A stretch of 64,000 bases of DNA from Deltaproteobacteria bacterium (GCA_016875015.1 VGSJ01000003.1:11935-75934), one strand, 5' to 3'; shown: positions 54,769 through 64,000, counted from the first letter of the stretch. Notes: generated from the sequence alone by a model not told the origin. Numbers and translations are program-made.

Positions 54769-56152
54769 CGGTAACTATGGGTGACGCGAATTCGGTTTTT
54801 TTAAGCAACCCTGATTTATCCAACAGGGGAATCAGATCCGAGGCGGCTCTCGACATCCCGCTGAGCTCCACGTGCTGCATGCCGAGGTGCAAATTGAACA
54901 GCCAGGTGTTGTCCGGGATCAGCTGGGTCAGGTCCTTGAGAACCGTGAGCTTATCCGGCGATTGCCCGACCTTGCGCAAACTCTCCATCTGCTTGGCCAG
55001 GGACCGACTCTCCTGAAGGAGGCTTTCCACTTCCTTGGCTTCCTGGCTCAACCCGGCGATCTGCCGATTGACCCGGTAGAGTTCGACGCGGGTGTGGATA
55101 AAAGCGCTGGCCCCCCAGAGGCAGCTAAGGCCCAGAAAGATGAGGAGCAGCATGGTAGTGAAAGAAAATCGTCCCAGCCGGATGGCCGCCCTCTCCGCCG
55201 GGGGCAGAAGATTGACCCCCAGTGGCGTTTGCCCCAAGCAGGAAAGGCCTGCGCCCGCCGCGGGCAGGACCTCGCTCAGGTTCATATCCGGCTGGAGACC
55301 TGAGATGGGGAGGTGACTGGGATAGATCACCTCCAGTTCATGCTTCTTGAGGGTCCCGACCTTGAAACCAGCCCCGCCGCGGCCATAGATACCCAGCGCC
55401 TGGGGTTCCGGCCGCGCCGCCGCCATTGCCTCGACCTGGGCCAGGATAGCCCTGGATAAGTCCTGGCCCCGGAGGTTACGGCCCTGGGCGAAAGCCTTCA
55501 CCCTGGCGCCCTGAATGTGGGTCAGTTCAAAGGAGCCGTCCGCAAGGTGCAGCAGCAGCCAGGCAGGCGGCAGGGGCCTGCCTGACAGGGCAAAGACCTT
55601 GCCAGCCGCCGCCGGCGCCAACTCCACCGCAACCGGTCTCAGCGTGGCCTCCGTGAGCAGGCGCAGACTCACTTCCACCTGGTCCCGGGGCACGGCCATC
55701 AACATGAGGCGGATTTCGGTTTCCGTTTCCGCCAGCACTTGAAAACCATATAACAGGTTGTCGGCAGGCAAGGGCAGAAACCGGTCCAGTTCATAAGCCA
55801 CCACCTGGGCCAGATTTTCCGACGCGGCCCGGGGCAGGGAGACCTGGCGGAAAAAGCCCAGGTGAGGGGAAACCGCCAGGCTTACCGGGCATGACTCCAG
55901 AGCCCAGGCCGATACGGTTTCTTGCAGGACTGGGGCCAACTCTTCCACCTTCCCGGATTCAAAAGGATAGGTGGCCCACCGTTCCACCTGGATTCCCGAC
56001 AGGCTTTTGCGGACCTGGGCCAGCGTCAGCCGTCCTTCCCCCAGATAGGCGCCCAGACCGTCCATGCCGGTCAGCGCGGAGGCGGCCAGCGCCTTCCACC
56101 ACTGGCTTATGTTGCCCCGCAGATCCCATTTCCCTGCCGGGTTAAGGTTCAT
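54725..56152 (-). CDS. gspL: GspL-like T2SS protein (PilM-like cytoplasmic domain + TM + PilN-like periplasmic domain)
   Basis: I prefer the ATG at 56152 (MNLNPAGK...), which forms an ATGA overlap with the gspK stop. TM helix FSFTTMLLLIFLGLSCLWGA at aa ~330. Confidence 0.65.
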   Translation of the reverse strand: MNLNPAGKWDLRGNISQWWKALAASALTGMDGLGAYLGEGRLTLAQVRKSLSGIQVERWATYPFESGKVEELAPVLQETVSAWALESCPVSLAVSPHLGFFRQVSLPRAASENLAQVVAYELDRFLPLPADNLLYGFQVLAETETEIRLMLMAVPRDQVEVSLRLLTEATLRPVAVELAPAAAGKVFALSGRPLPPAWLLLHLADGSFELTHIQGARVKAFAQGRNLRGQDLSRAILAQVEAMAAARPEPQALGIYGRGGAGFKVGTLKKHELEVIYPSHLPISGLQPDMNLSEVLPAAGAGLSCLGQTPLGVNLLPPAERAAIRLGRFSFTTMLLLIFLGLSCLWGASAFIHTRVELYRVNRQIAGLSQEAKEVESLLQESRSLAKQMESLRKVGQSPDKLTVLKDLTQLIPDNTWLFNLHLGMQHVELSGMSRAASDLIPLLDKSGLLKKTEFASPIVTDANKLEHFKIKAEF

Positions 56153-57150
56153 CCGGGAAACCCGCCATACCAGGATAAAATCACCCAAGGAACCCTCGGG
56201 TTTGCGTCTAAGCGCACTATCGCCTTGATTGTTTGACGTCCTCTGTTTTTCTTTACCATACCTGAGGAGGTAATCGTAAAAAAAGAGGAGGACCGGAAAG
56301 AGATTTGCATGCCCTGGCCCAACAACGGAGTCACATTGGCCTGGGGAATCTCTTGAAGATTCCGGAAAGGCATCGCCTGCCGGGCCGCCATGATATTCTG
56401 GGCCAGGTCCCGAGCAAATCCCATGGCCAGCAACACCTCCAAGGGGGCTGTATTGAGGTTAATTCCTAGTCCGGTGGTTTGAACCGTCAGCCACTGGCTC
56501 AGGCGGGGAATTAAGGGGCTGGCTTCAAACCCGCGCACCCAGGCGAGTTCTTCCACCGTCTCGAACTTGCCGTTCTTGGCGACATAAGGAGGATCCAGGC
56601 TCAGGTAGTAAGCGCTTTTGGCCCCGTAAGGACGAGGGGAGCTATCCTTGGTGCGCCAGTCCTGAAGGGAATCCACCATGGTGCGGACTTGGGGTTCCGG
56701 AAGCCCCAACCCGGTAAATAAGTTGTGCAGCAGCGCCTCAGGGGCCTGGTTGAGGTTGATCTTGCCGCCTTCGTCGCCTACCCTGATTTCCACCACGCCA
56801 TCCGTCAGTTCCAGCACATGGGGCCGCTGGTCTCCCTGCCAGTGGTTTTCGTAGGACCCCTGGGTCTGGGGGGCAATGGCTTGCCGCCCTTTCAACTCCG
56901 CGGTCTTGGCGTTTACCAGTTTCCCCAGGGCATAGTAAATCCCCGCCTCGGCCAGCCGCTGGCACTTATGGGCTTCCCCAAAATTGCTGGCCAGCTTGAG
57001 CTCGGTACGCCATTCCTGGGCCCAGCTCAAGACCAGAACGCTGATCAGAGTCAGGATCAGGATGACCAGGAGGAGCACGGCGCCTTCCTCCCTGGCAATC
57101 AAGGCCTTTGCCTTAGGGAACTTGTGCGCCATTCCTGGAATCCGATACAT
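56149..57150 (-). CDS. gspK: Minor pseudopilin GspK
   Basis: N-terminus EEGAVLLLVILILTLISVL. ~330 aa. Helix-hairpin-helix-like INLNTAPLEVLLAM. Size and position match GspK. Confidence 0.8.
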   Translation of the reverse strand: MYRIPGMAHKFPKAKALIAREEGAVLLLVILILTLISVLVLSWAQEWRTELKLASNFGEAHKCQRLAEAGIYYALGKLVNAKTAELKGRQAIAPQTQGSYENHWQGDQRPHVLELTDGVVEIRVGDEGGKINLNQAPEALLHNLFTGLGLPEPQVRTMVDSLQDWRTKDSSPRPYGAKSAYYLSLDPPYVAKNGKFETVEELAWVRGFEASPLIPRLSQWLTVQTTGLGINLNTAPLEVLLAMGFARDLAQNIMAARQAMPFRNLQEIPQANVTPLLGQGMQISFRSSSFFTITSSGMVKKNRGRQTIKAIVRLDANPRVPWVILSWYGGFPG

Positions 57151-57736
57151 TCAGATGGATAAACCAGACCAGGGGCTCTTGCCCTTTCTGGGTAAGATAG
57201 ACCCTTATCCAGTCGGGTAAGCCCCTGACCCTGGTGGCCTCCCAGGTCGAAAATTCCTCGCCGCCCCGGCCATAAGCAAAACGGAGGGAGGCCAGGTTAC
57301 CCATGAGTATGTGCCTGACTTCCACTCCCTCGGGGTCCTGGAACCAGTTCACATTCTTGGTTTGTTCAACGGCCAGAACCAGTTGGTCAGACTCGCTTTG
57401 CCCCGCCAGCACCCGCCAGTGATAAATACCTCCCATGTTGTAAGCTTCCAGGGGCACCGGCGTGAAAAACCGCATTTCGTTGGCATTGCCGGTAAAGTAG
57501 CGAGGCTTGTCAAGAGAACCGCTGACGGCGGAACTCAAGGAGCGCGCCAGGATGGTCTGGCCTACCCGGAGTTCCTGAGCCTGGTCGGCGGCCGCCTGCC
57601 CGTGCCGCATAGCCTTGAGGCTGAGACTGAGGGCGGTGTAGGCTACGAGTGACAGCAGACCGGTGAGCGTCAGAGCGATCATCAGCTCCAGCAAGGTAAA
57701 ACCGGCACTCGCCGCAGATTTCCCCGTCTGCGCCAT
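57113..57736 (-). CDS. gspJ: Minor pseudopilin GspJ
   Basis: Prepilin motif AGFTLLELMIALTLTGLL. 207 aa, at the operon position of gspJ. Confidence 0.7.
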   Translation of the reverse strand: MAQTGKSAASAGFTLLELMIALTLTGLLSLVAYTALSLSLKAMRHGQAAADQAQELRVGQTILARSLSSAVSGSLDKPRYFTGNANEMRFFTPVPLEAYNMGGIYHWRVLAGQSESDQLVLAVEQTKNVNWFQDPEGVEVRHILMGNLASLRFAYGRGGEEFSTWEATRVRGLPDWIRVYLTQKGQEPLVWFIHLNVSDSRNGAQVP

Positions 57737-57739
57737 GTA

Positions 57740-58180
57740 TCACAATACCTTCTGAGCTGCGGTCCTGATGGTCTGGAGTTCCAGGGTCTTGAGTCGGCCC
57801 CATTCCTGCCACGTCAAGGTCACCCGGATCAAGGAGCACAGGACCCGCATGTCCGCGAAAGGTTCGGCTAACTGGTACTGGGGGGTGACCCGCACCACAT
57901 AATCATACCGGCCGTCCCGGCCCTGGTAGGTCCCCTCCGCCAGGGTGTTGATCTCGCAGTTTTCCTGCAAGACCTTTTCGGCCATTAGCACCGCCTGGGT
58001 GTAACCCCAGGAAGTTTTCTGGGCCCGCAAGGCCGAAGTTAACACCTGGAGGAGAACCACCAGCACCAGCCCCATTATGGTGGTGGCCACCAGAACTTCC
58101 AGGAGGCTGAAGCCCTCAGATCCCGGCGACCGGGGCGCCGGAGCCTGGCGAGGGTTCCGCGTGAATGCCGTTCGTATCAT
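57740..58180 (-). CDS. gspI: Minor pseudopilin GspI
   Basis: Prepilin motif EGFSLLEVLVATTIMGLV. 146 aa, at the operon position of gspI. Confidence 0.7.
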   Translation of the reverse strand: MIRTAFTRNPRQAPAPRSPGSEGFSLLEVLVATTIMGLVLVVLLQVLTSALRAQKTSWGYTQAVLMAEKVLQENCEINTLAEGTYQGRDGRYDYVVRVTPQYQLAEPFADMRVLCSLIRVTLTWQEWGRLKTLELQTIRTAAQKVL

Positions 58181-58184
58181 GGCT

Positions 58185-58697
58185 TTATTTGACTGCGCTC
58201 CCCAAGGAGACCTTGCCGGTTATGGGTTCCACCTCCAGGAGGTATCGGCGTCCGGTGGGCTCCACCAGCGCCAGCTTGCCGCCGCTGGAGCTGCCGTCCC
58301 CGAAAAAAACCATGTATCCCTGGCTCTTCTCCGGATTCTGCCACACCAGACGGGCGTCGGTCAGGCTCACTCCCGTTAAGGTTCCTTCCAGGGTTGATCC
58401 TTCCAGCCGATAGCGGCCGGTCTTGAGGTTCAGAAACAGTCGCACCTTACGCCCCCGGGTGACCGCCTCGCTTCTGGCGGTTCGCAGGGCCGCGGTAAAC
58501 TCCCGTAAGGCGGCGCGGTTTTTTTCCCGTTCCCAACTGCGGAGCAGGCCGGGCAGCACCAGACCCAGCAGGAGAGCCATCAGGGCCAGCACCGCCATAA
58601 GCTCCAGGAGGGTAAACCCGGCCTGGGCTTGGCCAGCGTCCCGGTCCGCCCGCACCCCCGGTCTCAGGGATCTTAAAAAAAACTTCGGCAGTTTCAT
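58185..58697 (-). CDS. gspH: Minor pseudopilin GspH
   Basis: Prepilin motif AGFTLLELMAVLALMALLLG. 170 aa, at the operon position of gspH. Confidence 0.7.
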   Translation of the reverse strand: MKLPKFFLRSLRPGVRADRDAGQAQAGFTLLELMAVLALMALLLGLVLPGLLRSWEREKNRAALREFTAALRTARSEAVTRGRKVRLFLNLKTGRYRLEGSTLEGTLTGVSLTDARLVWQNPEKSQGYMVFFGDGSSSGGKLALVEPTGRRYLLEVEPITGKVSLGSAVK

Positions 58698-58781
58698 CTA
58701 AGGTTCACCACTGCCACCCGCACCACAGCCCCTGAAATCGGCGAAACCGGCGGATTAATGCCAGATTGCAGTCAAAGGGTG

Positions 58782-58824
58782 GCACAGGCTTTCCAGCCTG
58801 TGCAGGCGCAGGCTGAAGCCTGCG
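58782..58824. repeat. Two adjacent GC-rich hairpins (REP-like) in the gspG-gspH spacer
   Basis: gcacaggct-ttcc-agcctgtgc (58782..58803) and cgcaggc-tgaa-gcctgcg (58807..58824). Confidence 0.5.
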
Positions 58825-58867
58825 GCTACAGAAAATAGCCTTTTGAGCGCAACTTGGTATAAAACCT

Positions 58868-59317
58868 TTAGGGCGAGGATTGCCAGTTCGTGATGTCCTG
58901 GCTTTCTCCGCTGCCCCCTTCCGCGCCGTCGGCCCCCAGGGAATAGAGATCATAGGGGCCATGTTGGCCGGGAGATTTATAAATGTACGGTCGGCCCCAG
59001 GGGTCATTGGGGACCGACTTATCCAGGTAGGGCCCGCCCCAGGAAGGCAGGTTGTCCAGTTTTTCCCGGAGAGCCTTCAGCCCCTCTTCCTCAGTGGGAT
59101 AACGCCCCACATCCAGATAGAAAAGGTCCAGGGTCGTAGCCAAGAGCTGTATCTGGGCCTGGGCCGTCTTCTGCTTGGCTTTCCCCACCCGGCCCATGAG
59201 TCTGGGAGCGACCAGGGCCGCCAGGAGGCCGAGAATGAACAGGACAATCATTAATTCGATGAGGGTGAACCCCCCGTCGCGGCGCTCTTTCCTGGTCAAT
59301 GCCACAATGCCTCCCAT
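58868..59317 (-). CDS. gspG: Major pseudopilin GspG
   Basis: GGFTLIELMIVLFILGLLAALVAP prepilin motif and a GspG-type C-terminus: PNDPWGRPYIYKSPGQHGPYDLYSLGADG. Confidence 0.9.
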   Translation of the reverse strand: MGGIVALTRKERRDGGFTLIELMIVLFILGLLAALVAPRLMGRVGKAKQKTAQAQIQLLATTLDLFYLDVGRYPTEEEGLKALREKLDNLPSWGGPYLDKSVPNDPWGRPYIYKSPGQHGPYDLYSLGADGAEGGSGESQDITNWQSSP

Positions 59318-60529
59318 TTAGAATTGGATCTCATAAAGATTGAGTATCGGCAGCAGGAGCGATACGATGATGAACGCCACCACCAGCGACGTCACCAGGA
59401 TCAGTACCGGTTCCAGCAAGGCCAAAAGCCGCCGGACGGCCGACCTGGCGTCATTTTCCAGAGAGCCGGCGGCGGAGAGCAACATGTCGGCCAAATTTCC
59501 GGTCTCTTCGCCGATGGCCGTCATTTGCAAGAAGAGTTCCGGGAACATACCCACTTTCTTGAGCAGGCCCGAAAGCTGCTGGCCTTTTTCCACATTGGCC
59601 AGGACTCCTTTCAAGGACTTGGCCAGAAAGCGGTTGTTCACCGAGGCGATCACCACCCGCAGAGACGATACCATGGGGACGCCGTTGGCCAGCAAGGTCC
59701 CGAGAGTTTTGGCGAAAAAGACCGCCGCGACCCGGCGGCTCATTTCCCCCAGGAAGGGGGCCTTCATCTTGAAACGATCTATCTGGAGCTGGCCTTCCGA
59801 GCTCTTGATCAAGCTCCTCACCCCGATGACCGCCCCCAGCGCCAGCAGCGCCCCCAACCACCAGTAAGATCGCAACGCCTGGCTGAGGCCGATTAACAGG
59901 CGGGTGCTCCAATAGAGATTCTGGCCCATCTCCTGAAAGAAAGACTCGAAGCGCGGCACCACATAAAGAAGCATGAGGATCAGGGACAGGCTGCCCACTC
60001 CGGCCAGGATCATGGGGTAGATCAAGGCGGTGAGGAGATAGCTGCGAAACTCGCTCACCGTATTTAAATAGTCCCCCAGGCGTTCCAGGGCCTCTTCCAG
60101 GAAGCCCCCGGTTTCCCCAGCCTGGACCAGGCTGACGTAGAGGGGGGAAAAGATGCGGGCCCGGCTCAGGCCCTCCCCCAGGGTCTTTCCTTCCCGCAAA
60201 TCCCGGAGCACCTGGGAGAGGATGGCCTTCATGGCCGACCGGGAGGTCACCTGCTCCAGGGCCTGGAGGCTGCGGTCCAGGGGCAGCCCGGCTTTCAGGA
60301 GGGCCGCCAGTTCCTGCGTGAAATTCACTATTTCCCTGGAAGGCACCCGGCCCCGCCGCAGCGGCAGTCTCTCCTGCCAACGGGTGGCCGCCTCGGCCAG
60401 GCTGATGTGCAAGGGAATCAACCCGCCCTGCTGCAGGTGCGCTACCACCTGGCGCTCCTCCCGGGCCTCCAGGGTGCCCTGAATGACATTCCCGGCGGCG
60501 TCGGCGGCACGGTAGGAAAACATGGCCAT
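59318..60529 (-). CDS. gspF: T2SS inner-membrane platform protein GspF
   Basis: 403 aa with two T2SSF-type repeats and three TM helices. Adjacent to gspE and gspG. Confidence 0.9.
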   Translation of the reverse strand: MAMFSYRAADAAGNVIQGTLEAREERQVVAHLQQGGLIPLHISLAEAATRWQERLPLRRGRVPSREIVNFTQELAALLKAGLPLDRSLQALEQVTSRSAMKAILSQVLRDLREGKTLGEGLSRARIFSPLYVSLVQAGETGGFLEEALERLGDYLNTVSEFRSYLLTALIYPMILAGVGSLSLILMLLYVVPRFESFFQEMGQNLYWSTRLLIGLSQALRSYWWLGALLALGAVIGVRSLIKSSEGQLQIDRFKMKAPFLGEMSRRVAAVFFAKTLGTLLANGVPMVSSLRVVIASVNNRFLAKSLKGVLANVEKGQQLSGLLKKVGMFPELFLQMTAIGEETGNLADMLLSAAGSLENDARSAVRRLLALLEPVLILVTSLVVAFIIVSLLLPILNLYEIQF

Positions 60530-60532
60530 GCC

Positions 60533-62053
60533 TTACTCCTGGGTCACCCGCAGGACTTCCTCTACGGTGGTGAGGCCTTGGGCTACCTTGTCCCAGCCGT
60601 CTGCCGCCATGGTCTTCATGCCTTGACCGATGGCTTGCTGGCGCACGGTGCTGGCGTCAGCTCGCTGGAGGATAAGCGGCCGAATCGCATCATCCACGAT
60701 AAGGAGCTCATAAATACCCGTGCGGCCTTGATAGCCGGTGTGGGCGCAGGCGGGACACCCCTGGCCGGTGAATAATTGCTCCGGTTCCTGCCCCGAGCCC
60801 ATTCCGTTACGGATCAAACGCCATTCTTCCATCTTGTAACCGGGAGGCAAGGGCGTCCGGCATTCCGGGCAGATGCGGCGCACCAGCCGCTGGGCCACAA
60901 TCCCGAGGATCGCCGAGGCCAGCAGGAAATCCTCAATGCCCATTTCCAGCAGCCGGGTGACCGCGCCAGATGCGTCATTAGTGTGGAGGGTGCTAAACAC
61001 CAGATGGCCGGTGAGGGCGGCGTGGATCGCGATATCGGCGGTCTCCCGGTCCCGGATTTCCCCCACCAGCACCACGTCCGGGTCCTGACGCACGATGTGA
61101 CGCAACCCCCGGGCAAAGGTCAGCTCAATGGAAGGTTTTACCTGCATCTGGGTTACCCCCGACAGCCGGTATTCCACCGGGTCTTCAATGGTGATGATTT
61201 TTTTCTCCGAGGAATTGATGCTTTCCAGAGCCGCATACAGGGTGGTGGTCTTGCCGCTGCCGGTGGGACCGGTGACCAGGATCATGCCGTAGGGTTTGTG
61301 GATCATCCGGTCAAATTGCTCTAACTCCCGGGGCGGAAAGCCCAGGCCGTGGAGATTGAGGATCACCTTCTCCCGGTCCAGGATACGGATGACCATGCTC
61401 TCACCCATGAGCGTGGGCAAGGTGGACACCCGGAAATCGATATCGTGTCCCTGCACCTTCAGGCGGAAGCGGCCGTCCTGCGGCAACCGGCGTTCGGCAA
61501 TATCCAGGCGCGCCATGATCTTCAAGCGCGAGAGGACCGCAGCCTGTAACCCCTTGGGGGGCGACTCCGTCTCATAGAGGATGCCGTCCTTGCGATAACG
61601 CACCCGGAACGTATCCTCAAACGGTTCCAGGTGGATATCACTGGCCCCCATCTGGATCGCCCGAACCACCAGGAGGTTGACCAGTTGGATGATGGGGGCT
61701 TCCCGGGCCATATCCCGGAGATGGCCGATTTCTGTGGTCTCTTCCGATTCCACATCCAGTTCTTCGGCTTCCAAATCACCCACCAACCGGGACATGGGGC
61801 TGCCCGGTTCATACGCGGTCTGAATAAACTCCAGAATCTCCGCCTCGGCCGCCTTGACGGGAACCACCGGGGCCTTGAGCGCGACCGCCATCGCGGCCTG
61901 CAGGTCCTGGTCTTCAGGTTGGGCCATGGCCAGGAGAATGTGGCCATCTTCCTTTTTCAGAGGAAAAACCAGGTTCTCCCGTAAGTAGCGCACCGACAGT
62001 CCTGGAAAGGACTCGAAAACCGATAGGTCTTTCAGACTGGTGGGTATGTCCAT
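60533..62053 (-). CDS. gspE: T2SS ATPase GspE
   Basis: Walker A VTGPTGSGKTTTLYAAL, Asp/His boxes, and the tetracysteine motif CPECRTP...CPACAHTGYQGR. Confidence 0.92.
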   Translation of the reverse strand: MDIPTSLKDLSVFESFPGLSVRYLRENLVFPLKKEDGHILLAMAQPEDQDLQAAMAVALKAPVVPVKAAEAEILEFIQTAYEPGSPMSRLVGDLEAEELDVESEETTEIGHLRDMAREAPIIQLVNLLVVRAIQMGASDIHLEPFEDTFRVRYRKDGILYETESPPKGLQAAVLSRLKIMARLDIAERRLPQDGRFRLKVQGHDIDFRVSTLPTLMGESMVIRILDREKVILNLHGLGFPPRELEQFDRMIHKPYGMILVTGPTGSGKTTTLYAALESINSSEKKIITIEDPVEYRLSGVTQMQVKPSIELTFARGLRHIVRQDPDVVLVGEIRDRETADIAIHAALTGHLVFSTLHTNDASGAVTRLLEMGIEDFLLASAILGIVAQRLVRRICPECRTPLPPGYKMEEWRLIRNGMGSGQEPEQLFTGQGCPACAHTGYQGRTGIYELLIVDDAIRPLILQRADASTVRQQAIGQGMKTMAADGWDKVAQGLTTVEEVLRVTQE

Positions 62054-62113
62054 CCCGACGCCCTGCCTTTACGGCTCCAAGGTCAGCAAGTAACAAGCCG
62101 ATGCATGGTTATC

Positions 62114-62142
62114 ATTATACTCATTTTTCTGGCCCTTGCCGA
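62114..62142 (-). promoter_or_regulatory. Candidate sigma70 promoter upstream of gspE
   Basis: On the minus strand: TCGGCA (4/6 match to TTGACA), a 17-nt spacer, then a perfect TATAAT, ~60 nt upstream of the gspE ATG. Confidence 0.35.
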
Positions 62143-62261
62143 GTTTTCGGGGCGCTCTCCCCGGAAGGGGTTCTTAGGATGGATACTGAGCGGGGCCAAT
62201 TTCCGTCTGGCGGCCCCGAATTCATCGATCTTTCAGCAATCCTTGGGGTAGACCAGCGGGA

Positions 62262-63791
62262 CTAAAGGCTAGCAGCATGTTTTTCCAGGAGGTAATAGAG
62301 CCCCATGACCTGGGTGACGAATTCCTGCGTCTCTTTGATGGCTGGGACCTGAAAGCCCGCCGAGATTACCCGGTGATGTCCGGCATTATATCCGGCCAGG
62401 GCCAGGGGCACGTTCCCCTGAAAGTAATCCAGCAGGAACCGAAAATAGCGGCACCCCGCCAGGATATTTTCCCGGGGGTCGAAGGGGTCGCGCACCCCCA
62501 GAGAAGCCGCCGTGCCCGGCATGAGCTGCATCAACCCCATGGCTCCCTTGGGAGACACGGCCTGATGGACAAAATTGGATTCCTTCCGGATGAGAGCCAG
62601 AATCAGGGAAATCGGCAGTCTATAAAGTTGAGCCGCCTCGATGATGCAAGCTTGCAGGGCCGGGGAAACTCTCCCCAAAAAATACATGGGACTATCCCGA
62701 TCCAGCATGAACTCCGCCGAGGCGCGGGTGAAAACGTGCAAGACGCCTCGATGGTCTCGCCGGGCGACCACCCTCTGGTCCGGGGGGCCGGGCGGCGGCC
62801 TGACCAACCCCGGCCCCCACGCCATGGCCGGAGGCGTTGGGGTCGCCGGGGAGCCACGGGCCGACGCCGGCGCCGGTATCTTCCCGGCCGCTGCCGCTAA
62901 CGGAGCCTCGGATAACTGCAAGTCCGGGGAGGGCTCGTTGCTGATGTGCCAGACGCCCCGGTGGTCCTTATACCGTTGAATGGTATTGCCGGTCAAGGCC
63001 GGGGAGTGAGCCCGGAGCTTGGCCTCAAGGTAGCCCGCCACCTCCGGTCCCAACTCCGGACACGACACCGGCTGCACGGCCGGGAGAGCCGCATCGGAGG
63101 GGGACGCCTGCCTCTGAACCACCGCCGGCGCCGCTACCGGATAAGACACCATCTGCACGACCGGTAGGGCCCCGGCGAGGGGCGGCCCCCGCTTCTGAAC
63201 CGCCGGAGTTGGGCTCCCCGGCGCGGCCGGGCCCTCATCCTCCAAAGGCACATTCGTGATATGAATAACCCCATGACGGTCTCGGTGAACGGTAATTTTG
63301 CCGTTGGGGACCGCCCTTTCCGGCTGAGGTGGAGACCAGGAAACCCGCTTGAGAGGGGGGACGTGAGTCTCTGCCGCCGCTCCCGGCCCCTCCTTTTTCC
63401 CGGTCCGGTCGGCCACCGGCATCACCCCTCCTGAACCTTCTGGATGGGTGACCCGGGAACCGGTTTGGGGGTCAACCGGAACCGGTCCATCCGGAGCCGT
63501 CTCGGGTATGGGATCGGGGGCTTGGGCCTCGGGCTCAGGGGCTGGGGGTTGAGCCTCGGGAACAAGTTCCCTGGCGGGCAAGGCGATGGGAGCTTTCCCG
63601 GGCAAACTGCCACTATGAAGAGGTGCTGCAGAGCTGGAAGGATTTGTCGGACTCCCCGGCTGCTTGGGGCCGATGTTGGTAATGTGCAGGGTGCCCTGGC
63701 TATCGGTAAAGCTTTCGATGTAACGGGCGTGGGCAACGTGGGTAAGCAGCATCAATCCCAAAGAGATTATGAGGCACTTCCCCCAGGCCAT
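62262..63791 (-). CDS. Lytic transglycosylase (SLT domain) with four DUF4124-like repeats and Pro-rich linkers
   Basis: I prefer the internal ATG (MAWGKCLIISLGLMLLTHVAHA signal peptide). Repeats: FTDSQGTLHITNIGP, HRDRHGVIHITNVP, YKDHRGVWHISNEP, RRDHRGVLHVFT. C-terminal SLT core KESNFVHQAVSPKGAMGLMQLMPGTA...AGYNAGHHRV. Confidence 0.8.
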   Translation of the reverse strand: MAWGKCLIISLGLMLLTHVAHARYIESFTDSQGTLHITNIGPKQPGSPTNPSSSAAPLHSGSLPGKAPIALPARELVPEAQPPAPEPEAQAPDPIPETAPDGPVPVDPQTGSRVTHPEGSGGVMPVADRTGKKEGPGAAAETHVPPLKRVSWSPPQPERAVPNGKITVHRDRHGVIHITNVPLEDEGPAAPGSPTPAVQKRGPPLAGALPVVQMVSYPVAAPAVVQRQASPSDAALPAVQPVSCPELGPEVAGYLEAKLRAHSPALTGNTIQRYKDHRGVWHISNEPSPDLQLSEAPLAAAAGKIPAPASARGSPATPTPPAMAWGPGLVRPPPGPPDQRVVARRDHRGVLHVFTRASAEFMLDRDSPMYFLGRVSPALQACIIEAAQLYRLPISLILALIRKESNFVHQAVSPKGAMGLMQLMPGTAASLGVRDPFDPRENILAGCRYFRFLLDYFQGNVPLALAGYNAGHHRVISAGFQVPAIKETQEFVTQVMGLYYLLEKHAASL

Positions 63792-64000
63792 ATAGCCACC
63801 CAAACTTCTTAGAAACTCAAGTTTCGCACTCCCCGGCAGGGGTGCAAGACGTGAGTTTCTTAAGATAACCTGCAAAAAAAACTCAACATCACATATTCAG
63901 GGCCCTATTGGTTTAGTGTGCACCCCGAGCATTGACACAAATTATTGAATTCACCTCATCCATTAACACACCTGTGGCGAAATTACTATAACTCATACCG

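Noticed and set aside
58705-59007. 100-aa minus-strand ORF spanning the gspG-gspH spacer and the 3' end of gspG.
   Set aside because: It overlaps gspG out of frame and runs through the hairpin repeats. Its composition is unprotein-like.
1-64000. CRISPR arrays, rRNA, tRNA, tmRNA and toxin-antitoxin or other defence modules.
   Set aside because: Reading both strands, I found no regularly spaced direct repeats, no rRNA or tRNA structures and no nuclease/ATPase defence-type genes. The accessory content here is envelope- and glycan-related.

Overview
This 64 kb window comes from a GC-rich diderm genome. The gene content looks like Desulfobacterota/deltaproteobacteria, but that is only an impression. 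Layout, left to right: (1) phoU. (2) A same-strand four-gene module at 1.1-10.0 kb: a TPR + beta-barrel outer-membrane protein, two tandem secreted FecR-domain paralogs and a CHASE2 class III adenylate cyclase. (3) An intergenic, ORF-less group II intron RNA at 10.1-10.7 kb. (4) A DUF4337-like protein, a small coupled ORF and a periplasmic 5'-nucleotidase. (5) A PAS/GAF/GGDEF diguanylate cyclase whose 3' end runs into a transposase remnant at about 16.2 kb. (6) Two small envelope proteins. (7) An all-minus-strand Wzx/Wzy-type polysaccharide island at 18.1-43.0 kb, with mosaic GC content. It carries 3 AsnB-type amidotransferases, 8 methyltransferase genes (one frameshifted), 4 glycosyltransferases, an SGNH hydrolase, Wzx, a Wzy-like polymerase, a PCP/Wzz and an initiating sugar transferase. 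(8) A decayed phage/plasmid-like gene at about 43.3-43.6 kb. (9) A lytic transglycosylase, a beta-barrel OMP and a Wza-type exporter. (10) Unknown lipoproteins and a prepilin peptidase. (11) A complete type II secretion cluster (gspE-F-G-H-I-J-K-L-M, a GspC/PilP-like gene, gspD) with a lipobox-bearing secretin. (12) A second lytic transglycosylase with four DUF4124-like repeats. I saw no rRNA, tRNA or CRISPR array. The best candidates for something new are the OMP/FecR/FecR/CHASE2-cyclase module and the tailoring-enzyme-dense glycan island, whose three AsnB genes each sit next to a methyltransferase. Also worth a look: the ORF-less group II intron, several decayed or frameshifted genes, and mobile-element scars at both island borders. 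All functional calls come from motif recognition by eye; no searches were run.
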